NCBI GenBank assembly: GCA_025454255.1
Contig: JALOOU010000003.1
Coordinates: 16,585-80,584 of the forward strand
Length of the DNA stretch: 64,000 bases
Direction: 5' to 3'
Source: Desulfobacterales bacterium
Lineage (GTDB): Bacteria; Desulfobacterota; Desulfobacteria; Desulfobacterales; SpSt-501
Below the pieces are notes generated by a model. The model worked only from the letters and a program-made list of their open reading frames with translations, was not told the origin of the DNA and did not search any database. This document shows, piece by piece, positions 34,023 through 44,389 of the stretch. The position numbers were made by a program, and so were the translations under genes. The stretch's first letter is position 1. Every line of letters starts with the position of its first letter.

Positions 34023-34427
34023 TTAGTCCTCATGTTTAATGAAGGCGATGTTAACCTGGTTTTGGCTTGGCCCTGAGGGCAGGAGTTTTTTCCAGGCCAC
34101 GGCCAGGTCGACGGTTTTCGATTCAAAGATGCCGTCCGCGTTCAGATCCGTTTCGACCACGGTCCAGCGGATCAGATATTTTCCAGAGGATTTCGAATGC
34201 GGGTTGGATGCCGGGTCAAGCTCGCTGTGCAGGAAGGGCAACCGCAGGATGACTTCCATCTGGCTGGATGCCAGCTGGGATGCGTGGCTGATTTCGGCCG
34301 AAGCCCGGCTGCTCATATGGGCGGATACCTGAAGCGCGGCGACGGCCAGCAACCCGATCGCCAAAATCGACAAAGTGATCTGGACTTCAATTAGGCTGAA
34401 GCCTGCCTGCGCTGAAATTCGCCGCAT
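34023..34427 (-). CDS. pilV: minor pilin PilV, copy 1
   Basis: QAG/FSLIEVQITLSILAIGLLAV prepilin motif; start at 34427 inside a longer track ORF. Confidence 0.85.
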   Translation of the reverse strand: MRRISAQAGFSLIEVQITLSILAIGLLAVAALQVSAHMSSRASAEISHASQLASSQMEVILRLPFLHSELDPASNPHSKSSGKYLIRWTVVETDLNADGIFESKTVDLAVAWKKLLPSGPSQNQVNIAFIKHED

Positions 34428-34456
34428 CGATCCGTTTTTCTCCTTGGCCGCGCAGC

Positions 34457-35083
34457 TCACATCGAAAGGTTGCGGATGAAAACGCTTTTCGTTGCCGTTC
34501 GCACGACGCGTCGATTGAAACCCGACGGCTGGGCGATGGTCAGCGAGATCTCCACCGACCGTATGCGCGCGAGGTCGGCAATGGGAAAGCTCAACAACAT
34601 CCCGTTTTCGTCGAAATACCGAAGCTGCAGGTCCGCCACATGATTCGCCACCGTGTCCCATGACTCGTTCGGCGTCCCCTCGGAAAGGCACTGCCACAAA
34701 CGTTTGGTGGCCGAGTCGTAGGCATAGGTAATCCTTTCGAGGTCCCCTTCCTGAATCCCATCGGAAAGATCGGCTGCGTTGATGGCGCCATCCAGATTGC
34801 GGTCCGCCGTGAATCGGATGGCGATAGCCGAGGCCGCCTCGATCCCGGCGTCTGCGGTACCGAAGCGGTCCAAGCCCGCCATGCGGATGTCCGCCTCCAT
34901 GTAGCCGAGGCTTGTCCGCAGATGGTTCATCACCTCGGCCGTGACCTCGTTGTCGGTGTTCGATTTTGCGGCCGAGGCGAAGACGGCATAAATGGAACCC
35001 AGTGCGAGGCTGACGATCGCCATGACGATCAACAGTTCGATCAGGCTGAATCCGCATTGTCGTCTGCATGTGAGCGGTGTCAT
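34457..35083 (-). CDS. pilW: minor pilin PilW, copy 1
   Basis: QCG/FSLIELLIVMAI, MEADIRMAG. Confidence 0.85.
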   Translation of the reverse strand: MTPLTCRRQCGFSLIELLIVMAIVSLALGSIYAVFASAAKSNTDNEVTAEVMNHLRTSLGYMEADIRMAGLDRFGTADAGIEAASAIAIRFTADRNLDGAINAADLSDGIQEGDLERITYAYDSATKRLWQCLSEGTPNESWDTVANHVADLQLRYFDENGMLLSFPIADLARIRSVEISLTIAQPSGFNRRVVRTATKSVFIRNLSM

Positions 35084-35104
35084 CCTGCGTTCACCGGGTG
35101 TGCG

Positions 35105-35584
35105 TTACTGGGAATGTATTCTTCCGAATCGGTTGTTCATATCCAACTTGACGGATCTGCCGTCCCGGTCCGCCACTACCAGTTCGCCGCTGTTCGCGAC
35201 ATATCCCCTTCCGTTGAAGCGCGTTCGTTTGTTCTCGAAGGTGACGTGGTTCAGGTCTATTTTCAGGCCCTGCGGCAGGCTGCGGCTGAACAACAGCTTT
35301 TCCCCGCCATCCCTGACCCAATTCTCCGGAATTCCTCCGCCCGCCCCGTTGTCGATGAAAATACTATAGCCGTCCTCTCGCAGCACAACGGCCGCCGGCG
35401 CATTCTCCCGGATCGCGCGAGACCGCGCCGTTTCGAGGTCCCCCCGGATCATGCTGAGCGCATCCCGCATCAAGGCGGCCCGGCGCTGGCTCATGAACGA
35501 AGGCAGCGCCGTGGCGGCCAGAATGGCGAGAAGCCCTACCGCGATCATCAGCTCGATCAGCGTAAATCCCTTGTTTTTTACCAT
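35105..35584 (-). CDS. fimT: minor pilin FimT/FimU (GspH family), copy 1
   Basis: NKG/FTLIELMIAV, DLETARSRAI, RFNGRG. Confidence 0.85.
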   Translation of the reverse strand: MVKNKGFTLIELMIAVGLLAILAATALPSFMSQRRAALMRDALSMIRGDLETARSRAIRENAPAAVVLREDGYSIFIDNGAGGGIPENWVRDGGEKLLFSRSLPQGLKIDLNHVTFENKRTRFNGRGYVANSGELVVADRDGRSVKLDMNNRFGRIHSQ

Positions 35585-36051
35585 TCCGACCTCTTAGCCG
35601 CAGGCGCTGCTCCGACGGGTGCTGACGGCAGCTCGACCCTGCTGAATCCTGGATCGGAACCCCCGGGGCTTTCTTGAATTTAAAAAAAGATTAGCAAATG
35701 TGGATGAAGACAACGGGGGCAGCAACCGCAGCGGCCTGCGGACCGGTGGGCGAAGTGCGCGGCAGATGACGTTCTATCTATGAATGGTGTCGATCTGTAT
35801 CGAAGGCAACGGTACGGCGACGGTTGTGCCGATGGCTCCGGTACGACTCGCAGGCGGGGCGGGCCGGCCCACCGGAGGCCATCCGCGCAAATCCCGCCGG
35901 AGAAAAAGCGTCCAGAGGGCTCTCCTCAGGGTCGGCAGCGTCACGGCGAGGGTAATGCGCCGGACCTGTCCGCGCCGCCGGCGGCAGGTTTGGCGAGCGC
36001 ATCTAAAAAAAGAACCGTCGTCCTTACCGATCGAAGATCCCCCGCAGCCTG

Positions 36052-37263
36052 CTACAGCGCGTCGAGATACGAGCGCAGGTTGGTCTTCTGGTGCTTGAGT
36101 CCGAGCTTGGTGCGGATGTGGTTGCGGTGCGTGAAAATGGTGCTTTGGGAGACGTTCAGGAGCGCGGCGATCTCCTTGTTGGTTTTGCCGTCGCGGACGA
36201 GTTGGGCGATTTGAGTCTCCACCGGGGAGAGTCGGGCCAGGGAGGCGGCCATCTTCGCGGTGAAGGGATCCGTCAGTTTTTTCAGGTTCCGGTCGATGAG
36301 GGCGCACAGTTTGCCGGCTTTGCCCTCGAGCCGCATCCGGCACAATTGATCCACGTAGGGCGCCACCGTGCGCTTGATCTCGGCGCGGTAGCCGCCGGCC
36401 GGCGAGGAGGCGGCCTCGTCCAGTCTTTCCGTCATGCTGTCGACGGCGGCCTGCATCTTGATGACTTTTTGGTGGGCGTCGCCGATGACCCATGCCGACT
36501 GCTGCAGGTGGATTTCGGAGGCCTGCCGCTCAGCGACCGGGAGGGCGATGATCAGGATGGACTCCAGCTTCCCGTCGCGGCCGAGGATGGGTATCTTGTC
36601 AATGTGGAACCAGCGGCCGTTGCCGCTTTCGATGATGTTCACCAGCGGCTGTCCGGTCCGCTGAAGCTCCCGGTCCTCTTGCGCCCATTTTTCGGCCAGC
36701 GCCGGGTTGTAGGCCTCCGGATCGAAGCGGGCGCCGATCAGCTCCGCCTGCGAAACCTTTATGGCCCTGGCGCAGGCCTCGTTGATCCACCGCACGGTGT
36801 TGTCGAGGCCCTTCCACAGGATGTTGATGTGCGGGGCGGAATGCAGCTGGCGGAGGAGCGCGTCGGGCATGGCGCCGGGGGCCGGTGTGCGGCCGCGGCC
36901 GCCGTCGGCGATCGCGATCAGGCTGATGAGCAGCTGTTGCCCGGTGGCCGGATCCGAGAAGGGCTGCAGGCTGCATCGCAGTCTCCGGTCCCGGCCGGAC
37001 AGCTTCGCCGTCAGTTCGAATGCGACCGCCCGGCGCGATCTCAGCGCCGCTCGGCGCTTGCGGTCGTAAAGCCCCGCCTGGGCCTGCGGCAGCAGGCTAG
37101 GGCAGGCGTGGCCGATGAGCGCCGCCGGGGGTTTCTTGAAAAAGCGGGCAGCGGCCTTGTTGATGCAGACCACCCGGCCGCCGCTCTCCTCGACGATGAC
37201 CAGTATCTCCCGAAGATCCGGTATGCGGGCGATCGGCAGCGATGTCGTCTTCAGCCTATCCAT
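36052..37263 (-). CDS. PAS-PAS LuxR-family transcriptional regulator, paralog 2
   Basis: C-term LSPVETQIAQLVRDGKTNKEIAALLNVSQSTIFTHRNHIRTKLG. Confidence 0.85.
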   Translation of the reverse strand: MDRLKTTSLPIARIPDLREILVIVEESGGRVVCINKAAARFFKKPPAALIGHACPSLLPQAQAGLYDRKRRAALRSRRAVAFELTAKLSGRDRRLRCSLQPFSDPATGQQLLISLIAIADGGRGRTPAPGAMPDALLRQLHSAPHINILWKGLDNTVRWINEACARAIKVSQAELIGARFDPEAYNPALAEKWAQEDRELQRTGQPLVNIIESGNGRWFHIDKIPILGRDGKLESILIIALPVAERQASEIHLQQSAWVIGDAHQKVIKMQAAVDSMTERLDEAASSPAGGYRAEIKRTVAPYVDQLCRMRLEGKAGKLCALIDRNLKKLTDPFTAKMAASLARLSPVETQIAQLVRDGKTNKEIAALLNVSQSTIFTHRNHIRTKLGLKHQKTNLRSYLDAL

Positions 37264-37322
37264 TTCCGCTGGTCGCCATGGCGCGCTGCGGCGCCGGGGC
37301 CTTGTGTCTCCGACAAAAACAC

Positions 37323-37482
37323 AGAACTCTTTTCACACCCCGGTCTGACGGCCGGGGGTCCCTTCGTGGCGGGTTTGCCGGTCTCGCGAACGTGCTCACA
37401 GCCTCCTCGAGGTTGCTTGGCTTTCGAATCGGCCAGCCGCCTTGCCCGCAACCGCGCCCCGAGGTCGTGAAACCAATTCCAA
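37323..37482 (-). repeat. dispersed MITE-like repeat, copy D
   Basis: AGAACTCTTTTCACACCCCGG ... CGTGCTCAC..GGTTGC..CTTTCGAATCGGCC..GCCTTGCCCGCAACCG..CCCGAGGTCGTGAAACCAATTCCAA. Confidence 0.78.
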
Positions 37483-37761
37483 CAAAAATCTAGCATGATT
37501 CCGCTGCAGATGGTAGTAAAATTGATGGCCATAAACTATCGATTCAATATCGATCGAAATCGACAAATCGGCCTCGCCGCGTGGTCGCCGTCAGGTGGTG
37601 AGCTGGAGGTGGTCAGAGCCGCAGGGGGTGAATGAGGTCTATTTGTACTAATTCTAAAGCACGCCGTCCGGTTCTGCAACTAAGGCCGCCGGTTACCGGC
37701 CCTCGCTCGCGGGCGCCGAGCGGCCGGGGCCCGCGGCGGGGTCGGTTGCCGAACGGCGGCC

Positions 37762-38421
37762 TCACGCCGCCCGATCCGGCGGTCGCGAAAATTCATCCGG
37801 GGCCCCGGATTCGATGTAATGCTCTTCCCCGCTGCGGCCGCGGAAGCGCAGGCTCGCGGCATGCAGCATCAGGCGCGGGAAGCGCTCCTGCAGCCGGCGG
37901 TCGCCGTAGAGCCGGTCGCCGACGATCGGGTGTCCGCGGCCGTACAGGTGGGCCCGGATCTGGTGCTTGCGGCCGGTCAGGGGCTCGACCCGCAGCAGGG
38001 TATAGCCGGGAAAGCGCGCGGCCACCGCAAATTCGGTGCGGCACGCTTTGCCGCCGGACGAGGCGGCCCCCATCCGGCCCGAGCCGAAGGGCCGCAGCGG
38101 CATCGTGATCGCCCCCCGCGCCTCCTCGACCGCGCCGTGCACCAGGGCGAGATAGGTCTTGTAAACCCGCCGCTGCGCGAAGAGCCGGTTGAGGTGGCGG
38201 TGGGCGTCGGCGTGTTTGGCGAACAGCATCACTCCGCTCGCCTGTTTGTCGAGGCGGTGGACGGCCAGGAGCTTTTCCCCGCGCTGCGCCGCGAGAAGCT
38301 TGAGCAGAGAGGGCGCCTGCGGGTTGCGCTCCGGAATGGAGGCGAGCCCGTGCGGCTTGTCGACGGCGATCAGGTCGCTGTTCTCGAAGAGGACCCGGAT
38401 CTGGCGCGGCCGCGCATCCAT
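37762..38421 (-). CDS. RluA-family RNA pseudouridine synthase
   Basis: VDKPHGL, VHRLDKQASG, KTYLALV, TGRKHQIRAH, HPIVGD. Confidence 0.92.
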   Translation of the reverse strand: MDARPRQIRVLFENSDLIAVDKPHGLASIPERNPQAPSLLKLLAAQRGEKLLAVHRLDKQASGVMLFAKHADAHRHLNRLFAQRRVYKTYLALVHGAVEEARGAITMPLRPFGSGRMGAASSGGKACRTEFAVAARFPGYTLLRVEPLTGRKHQIRAHLYGRGHPIVGDRLYGDRRLQERFPRLMLHAASLRFRGRSGEEHYIESGAPDEFSRPPDRAA

Positions 38422-38425
38422 CGGG

Positions 38426-39154
<729 letters not shown>

Positions 39155-39207
39155 GCCCGTTTTTCCGATGCCGCGGCTCCGAAGGCGCTGCCCCCGCGAT
39201 GGGAGGC

Positions 39208-39882
39208 TTAATCTCGGCTCCGTGTATAGCCTGCCGACATCCGGTTTTCCAGCCTGTTGGAGAGGCGGATCAGCGGATAGCAGATGATGAAATAAAGGAG
39301 CGCCACCAGGCCGAAGACCAGAAGGCCCTGGGGCACCCGCTGCACGGTGAGCCAGCCCACGCGGGTCACGTCCACGACGCCGATGGCCGAAACCACCGAG
39401 GAGTCCTTGATCAGCAGCACGTACTGGCCCACCAGCGGGGGGAGCGACACACGCAAGGCTTGGGGCAGGATCACGTAGCGCAGCTGCTGCAGGCCGCTCA
39501 GCCCCGTCGATGCGGCCGCCTCCCTCTGGCCCGGGGGCACCGACTCGATGCCGGCCGCGACGATCTCGCAGATGAAGCAGGCGGCGAGGTTGGTGAGGGC
39601 GATGACGGCGGCCGCAAAGGCCTCCAGATGGATCCCGAACTCCGGGAGAATGAAAAAGATGATGAACACCTGCACCAGGAAGGGGGTGCCGCGCACGAGG
39701 TCCACCCAGGCCCCGATCAGGGGCTTGAGCAGCCGGCTGCGCGAGGCGCGCAGGATCCCCCAGAGGAACCCGACGAGGGTCCCGGCCAACAGGCTCAGGC
39801 CCGAAACGGCGATCGTCATCCACAAGCCCTTGAGGAAAAAGGGCAGGCTGCCGAGGAGCTGTTCTATGTAGAAAAGCCACAT
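39208..39882 (-). CDS. polar amino acid ABC transporter permease
   Basis: [38 protein letters not shown]. Confidence 0.9.
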   Translation of the reverse strand: MWLFYIEQLLGSLPFFLKGLWMTIAVSGLSLLAGTLVGFLWGILRASRSRLLKPLIGAWVDLVRGTPFLVQVFIIFFILPEFGIHLEAFAAAVIALTNLAACFICEIVAAGIESVPPGQREAAASTGLSGLQQLRYVILPQALRVSLPPLVGQYVLLIKDSSVVSAIGVVDVTRVGWLTVQRVPQGLLVFGLVALLYFIICYPLIRLSNRLENRMSAGYTRSRD

Positions 39883-39890
39883 ATGAAGGA

Positions 39891-39989
39891 GAGGGTTCCA
39901 GGGTTCGAGGGTCCACGGGTTCGAGGGTAAAGGCCACGGGTGCTTTCGAAGTTTGTTTTCACTTGGCCCCTCGAATCCTTGAACCCTTC
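39891..39989. repeat. inverted arrays of 8-bp repeats (GGGTTCSA) forming an intergenic hairpin
   Basis: GGGTTCCA GGGTTCGA GGGTCCAC GGGTTCGA ... TTGGCCCC TCGAATCC TTGAACCC. Confidence 0.75.
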
Positions 39990-39992
39990 CGT

Positions 39993-40658
39993 CTACGTCT
40001 GCATGTAGATCAGCCGCTTCTGCGACCAGTGCGTCAGGGCCTTGAGGCTGTAATAAATGAGCAAATAAAACAGTGCGGAGGTCAGAAACCCCTCGGCGGG
40101 CATGAAGCGCTCCGAGGTCATGATCTGCCCGGCGCGGGTCAGCTCGGGCAGCGAGATCAGGGAGAGCAGCGCCGAGTCCTTCACCAGCACGATGGCCTGC
40201 CCGAGCAGCGGCGGCAGGGTGACGCCGATCGCCTGGGGCAGGATGATGTGGCGCATGCGCTGCAGGTAGTTCAGGCCCGAGGAGACGGCGGCCTCCACCT
40301 GGCCGTGCGGGATGGACTGGATGCCGGCCCGGATGATTTCGGCCATGTAGGCCCCGCTGTTGAGGGTCAGGGCGAGGATGCCGGTCGCCGCCTCGGACAT
40401 CCGTATCCCCAGCGAGGGCAGGCCGAAGTAGAAGAAGAAGAGCTGGACCAGCAGCGGGGTGGAGCGGATGCTCTCGATGTAGGCGCCGGCGGCCCAGGAG
40501 AGCAGCGTGAAGCGGCCGATGCGCATGCCGCAGGCGAGCGTGCCCACGACCAGCGCCCCGAGCAGGCCGGCGCCGGAGAGCCACAGGGTCGCCCAGAAAC
40601 AGCGCAGAAAAAGCGGCATGTACTCGAGGATGACCCTGAAGTTGAAAGTCTCCAGCAT
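39993..40658 (-). CDS. polar amino acid ABC transporter permease
   Basis: IRSTPLLVQLF, AYMAEIIRAGIQSIPHGQVEAA, ILPQA. Confidence 0.92.
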   Translation of the reverse strand: MLETFNFRVILEYMPLFLRCFWATLWLSGAGLLGALVVGTLACGMRIGRFTLLSWAAGAYIESIRSTPLLVQLFFFYFGLPSLGIRMSEAATGILALTLNSGAYMAEIIRAGIQSIPHGQVEAAVSSGLNYLQRMRHIILPQAIGVTLPPLLGQAIVLVKDSALLSLISLPELTRAGQIMTSERFMPAEGFLTSALFYLLIYYSLKALTHWSQKRLIYMQT

Positions 40659-40737
40659 GGACCGTCGCTCGTCGGGGTCGAGCCGCCCTTTGGCGGCGGC
40701 TCAACCCCTCCTCATGAAGCCGCTCGCGGATTCATCG

Positions 40738-41532
40738 TTAGTGATCTTTTTTCCAATCCAGCGTGTTGACCCAGTAGTTGAGGTTCTGCTCCAGCCGTCC
40801 GTCGAGCCCGGCATTATGGAAAAAGAGGTTCACGACTTCGAGCAGGTCCATCGAGTCGTAGCGCACCGCAAAGGAGAGCGGCTCCTTCGAGAGCTGGTCC
40901 GGCAGGATGCGGATGCTGTTCGGCGGGTAGTTGGCGAGCCCCCCCACCACGGCCGAGGCGTCGTTCACCCCGAAATCGGCCTGGCCCTGCATGACGGCAT
41001 CGAGCAGGAGCGGGCCGCCGCCCTTGTATGATTTCAGCTCCGCCTGGGGAAAGGCCTTCTTGGCCTCGTTCTCCCCGGTCGAGCCCAACAGCACCGCGGC
41101 TTTCAGCCCCGCCTTCTTCGCGTCCGCAATGCTCTTGATGGGGCTGTTGGCCTTTACGAAAACCACGCTGCCCGTGTACATGAACGGCTTGGAGAAAGCG
41201 ATTTTCATGGCCCGCTTGATGGTGGGGGTCATATCGGCGGCCAGGATGTCGGCCTTCTTCGAGAGCAGGGCCGGGATGAGGCCGTCCCAGTCGAAATCGA
41301 GGAAGACCACCTTGACGCCCATGTCCTTGGCCAGCATTTCGCAGAGCTCGATCGAGCTGCCGGTGCGTTTGCCGTTCTTGTCGATGAAGCTGAAGGGCGG
41401 GCCCTGGGTCTGGCAGGCCACGCGCAGCTCGCCGCGCTGGGCGATCTCGTCCAGGGTCCCCGCTGCGGCGAAGGACGCGATCCCCAGCATCATCATGACC
41501 ACCATGACCGCACTGATCCGTTTCATACGCAT
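40738..41532 (-). CDS. amino acid ABC transporter substrate-binding protein (family 3)
   Basis: signal peptide, GTLDEIAQRGELRVA, PPFSF, DWDGLIPAL. Confidence 0.9.
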   Translation of the reverse strand: MRMKRISAVMVVMMMLGIASFAAAGTLDEIAQRGELRVACQTQGPPFSFIDKNGKRTGSSIELCEMLAKDMGVKVVFLDFDWDGLIPALLSKKADILAADMTPTIKRAMKIAFSKPFMYTGSVVFVKANSPIKSIADAKKAGLKAAVLLGSTGENEAKKAFPQAELKSYKGGGPLLLDAVMQGQADFGVNDASAVVGGLANYPPNSIRILPDQLSKEPLSFAVRYDSMDLLEVVNLFFHNAGLDGRLEQNLNYWVNTLDWKKDH

Positions 41533-41563
41533 TGCCTCCTTTGTGGGTTTGGGTTGCTGTTGG

Positions 41564-42736
41564 CTACGCTGCTTCTTCCGACTCATGTACGAGGATGCCG
41601 CGTTCCCGCAGTTGCGCCATGAACGGGCCGTGCGGGACGTCCACGGCGGGGTTGAGGACCCCCTTGCTGGGGATCTCGCCGGCGGCGAGCATCTGGGCCA
41701 CGATGCTGGCCGGGCAGCCCACGCCCACGCTCATGGCGAAGAGCCCGGATGTCAGGTCGCGTTCGATCAGCAGGGTCGAGGTGAGGGTTTTGCGGCGGCC
41801 GCCCTTCAGTCCGGAGAAGACGTTGATCATGGCCACGAGGTCTTTTTCGTCGTCCGCATACTGGAGTTGGGGCTCGAGCAGCCTGACCATGAACGCATGC
41901 GGGGTGAGAGGGGGGCTCAGGCCCTTCAACGGCTCGTCGGAGAGCAGCCCCAGGCGCTTGATGGCCGCGAAGAAGGCGCACCAGCCGGGCCAGCGCAGGG
42001 AGTAGCGCCCGGCCTCGCGGATGGTGCCGCCGATGCCCAGAAGCCCCGTGTAGAAGGCGGCATCGCCGTTGGGGATGGCTTCCAGCTCCCCTAAACCGGG
42101 GAAGTGCACGGTGTGGATCATCTCGTTCTCGTGCTGCCGCTCGGCCGGGATCGACACGGTGCGCCCCTCGCGGACGAACACCGCCGGCCGCTTGTGCGAG
42201 CGCAGCACCATGTCGAAGTTCCAGCTGATCTTATAGTTGAGCGGGTTGGTGCAGGCCTTCTTTTCGGGGAAGCCGCCGCAGTAGGAGTTGAGCAGGTGCA
42301 GCTCGTCGAACTGCTTGACGGCGTGGCCGCAGATCACCAGATCGATGCCGGGGTCCAGCCCGCACTCGGGCATCAGGGCGACGCCGGCGGCCCGGGCCTT
42401 CGCGTGCAGGTGATGGACGGGCTTGCCGTAGTTGGTGCTGACCAATGGCACGCGGGCCTCGAGGGCCGCCTCGAAGGCGTTCACCATGAGCGGCTGGGGC
42501 AGCAGGTCGATGACCGCATCGACCCCCTGCCGGAGGAGGGCGGCCAGGGCCGGTTGCGAGGAGGCGTCGATTCTGACCGGCGCGATCTTGGCCGTGTCGC
42601 TGCGGGCGGCGAAGGCGTCCCACCCCGCCAGGCTCGCATCCGCGCAGACGACCTGCTTGACCCGTTCGCTGCGCGCCAAATCCAGCAGGGCGGCCTTGCC
42701 CTGCATCCCCAGAGCGCCAAGCACTGCAATTTTCAT
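41564..42736 (-). CDS. saccharopine dehydrogenase / lysine 6-dehydrogenase family protein
   Basis: MKIAVLGALGMQG, ECGLDPGID, SYCGGFP, NPLNYKISW, RYSLRWPGW. Confidence 0.85.
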   Translation of the reverse strand: MKIAVLGALGMQGKAALLDLARSERVKQVVCADASLAGWDAFAARSDTAKIAPVRIDASSQPALAALLRQGVDAVIDLLPQPLMVNAFEAALEARVPLVSTNYGKPVHHLHAKARAAGVALMPECGLDPGIDLVICGHAVKQFDELHLLNSYCGGFPEKKACTNPLNYKISWNFDMVLRSHKRPAVFVREGRTVSIPAERQHENEMIHTVHFPGLGELEAIPNGDAAFYTGLLGIGGTIREAGRYSLRWPGWCAFFAAIKRLGLLSDEPLKGLSPPLTPHAFMVRLLEPQLQYADDEKDLVAMINVFSGLKGGRRKTLTSTLLIERDLTSGLFAMSVGVGCPASIVAQMLAAGEIPSKGVLNPAVDVPHGPFMAQLRERGILVHESEEAA

Positions 42737-42786
42737 GGGGTGCTCCTGGTTTGTGTAAGATCTTGTTCGACTGCGATCGTCAACGG

Positions 42787-42815
42787 ATATTACTCCGGCA
42801 GCCAAGAACCGTCAA
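42787..42815 (-). promoter_or_regulatory. putative sigma70 promoter of the dehydrogenase/ABC operon
   Basis: minus strand TTGACG-N17-TAATAT, about 50 bp upstream of the start codon. Confidence 0.5.
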
Positions 42816-42857
42816 ACGCCTTTGCGGCGGGACAGGCCGGCGGGGGCGAGGCCCCCG

Positions 42858-44291
42858 TCAGAGGCTCACCGTCACGTAATATCCCTGCTCGCCCCTTTGA
42901 ACGAGCAGGACAACCGAGCTTTTCAGCCGTGATTTGATCACGGCCTTTCTGAAGTCCTCGAGGTTGCCGACCCCGCTGTCATCGACCTGGCGGAGCAGGT
43001 CGCCGGGCCGGGCGCCGATGCGCGCCAGATGGCTGCCGGCTTTCAGCTCGAAAATCACCACCCCTTCCCGCGCGGCGATCCTGAACTCCTTGCGGTTTTT
43101 GGGGGAGAGATCCTGAACCCGCACCCCCAGGAGGTTCCAGGCCAGCTGATCGGCGTTCTCGACCGGATAGAGCCGGGTCTTGATGCCGGCCGTCAACGTG
43201 CGGCCGGCGCGCCAGACCTGGAGCTCGAGCGTTTCGCCCGCAGTCACCGCCCGGGTGGCGGCCAGGTAGTCGTCCAGTTCGGCGATTTTCCTGGTGCCCA
43301 CGGCCAGCAGCACATCCCCTTCTTTCAAGCCGGCCGCCTGGGCCGGGCTTTCCGGTTCCACTGCCCGGATCATGGCCCCCTTGCGGTTGGGGTATTTCAG
43401 GTACTGGGCAAGCCGCTCGTCGAGCTCCTGGGCCACGATGCCGATCCAGGCCGGCTGGACCTCGCCGTACTGGATGAGGCTGGCGACGATTTTCTTCGCC
43501 TTGCTGATCGGAATGGCGAAGCCGATGCCCTGGGCCTTGGCGTAAATGGCGGTGTTGATCCCCACCAGCTCACCGTTGATGTTGAGCAGCGGCCCGCCCG
43601 AGTTGCCGGGGTTGATGGAGGCGTCGATCTGGATGAAGTCGTGCAGCACCCGATCGTCCGCGCGGATGCTGCGGTGAACCGCGCTCACCACCCCGGTGGT
43701 GACCGTGTGGGAGAAGCCGAAGGGGTTGCCGATGGCGATCACCGTCTCGCCGATCATCAGGTCCTCGCTCTGGCCCATGGCGATCGCGGGCAGTTTTTCC
43801 CGCGAGTCGATTCTGAGCACCGCCAGGTCCGAATCGGGGTCCGCGCCGACGAGTCGGGCCTCGAATTCGCGCCGGTCCTCCAGCACCACCGTGATGGTGC
43901 CGGAGCGCTGGATGACGTGGGCGTTGGTCAGGATGAGCCCGCGCTCGCCGTCGATGATCACCCCGGAGCCGAGGCTTGCGTTCTGCCGGCGCTGCTCGAA
44001 CCCGGGGTCGAAGAAGTCCTTGAAAAACTCTTCGAAAAACGGGTTGCCGAACCCGAAGCCCGAAAACGGGTTCGGCCGGGTGCGGGTTTCGTAGGCGGAG
44101 CTGATGTTGACCACCGCCGGGCTCGCCTTGCGCACGGCCCTCACCACCGGGCTCTCCCGCATGCTGTCCGTCGCCCCGGCGCCGGTGAAGGGATGAAGCC
44201 AGAGGATGAGCAGCAGCGATGCGCTGAAGCCGCGCACGGCGGGAGGGCAGGTTGAAAGCAGCTTCGAAATAAGGGTTGGCATTTTCAGCAA
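42858..44291 (-). CDS. htrA: HtrA/DegQ-family serine protease with two PDZ domains (start uncertain)
   Basis: SLGSGVII, LTNAHV, SDLAVL, DASINPGNSGGPL. Confidence 0.93.
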   Translation of the reverse strand: MLKMPTLISKLLSTCPPAVRGFSASLLLILWLHPFTGAGATDSMRESPVVRAVRKASPAVVNISSAYETRTRPNPFSGFGFGNPFFEEFFKDFFDPGFEQRRQNASLGSGVIIDGERGLILTNAHVIQRSGTITVVLEDRREFEARLVGADPDSDLAVLRIDSREKLPAIAMGQSEDLMIGETVIAIGNPFGFSHTVTTGVVSAVHRSIRADDRVLHDFIQIDASINPGNSGGPLLNINGELVGINTAIYAKAQGIGFAIPISKAKKIVASLIQYGEVQPAWIGIVAQELDERLAQYLKYPNRKGAMIRAVEPESPAQAAGLKEGDVLLAVGTRKIAELDDYLAATRAVTAGETLELQVWRAGRTLTAGIKTRLYPVENADQLAWNLLGVRVQDLSPKNRKEFRIAAREGVVIFELKAGSHLARIGARPGDLLRQVDDSGVGNLEDFRKAVIKSRLKSSVVLLVQRGEQGYYVTVSL

Positions 44292-44389
44292 TATGAGTTA
44301 ATCATAAAAATTTTAGGCAAATGGAGTCGTTGCGTTCCGTTCTGTTTCTTATATACCTCCAAGCGCCGGACGGCAACCTAATCTGCTGC

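Noticed and set aside
35585-36051. Possible c-di-GMP riboswitch or sigma54 promoter upstream of pilus operon 1
   Set aside because: No GEMM-type core seen; TTTGCT is present on the minus strand but the -24 GG is missing; the short ORFs here are unconvincing
37530-37575. Clustered ATCGA motifs upstream of PAS-LuxR 2
   Set aside because: Too short and irregular to distinguish from chance; ATCGA is common in this sequence
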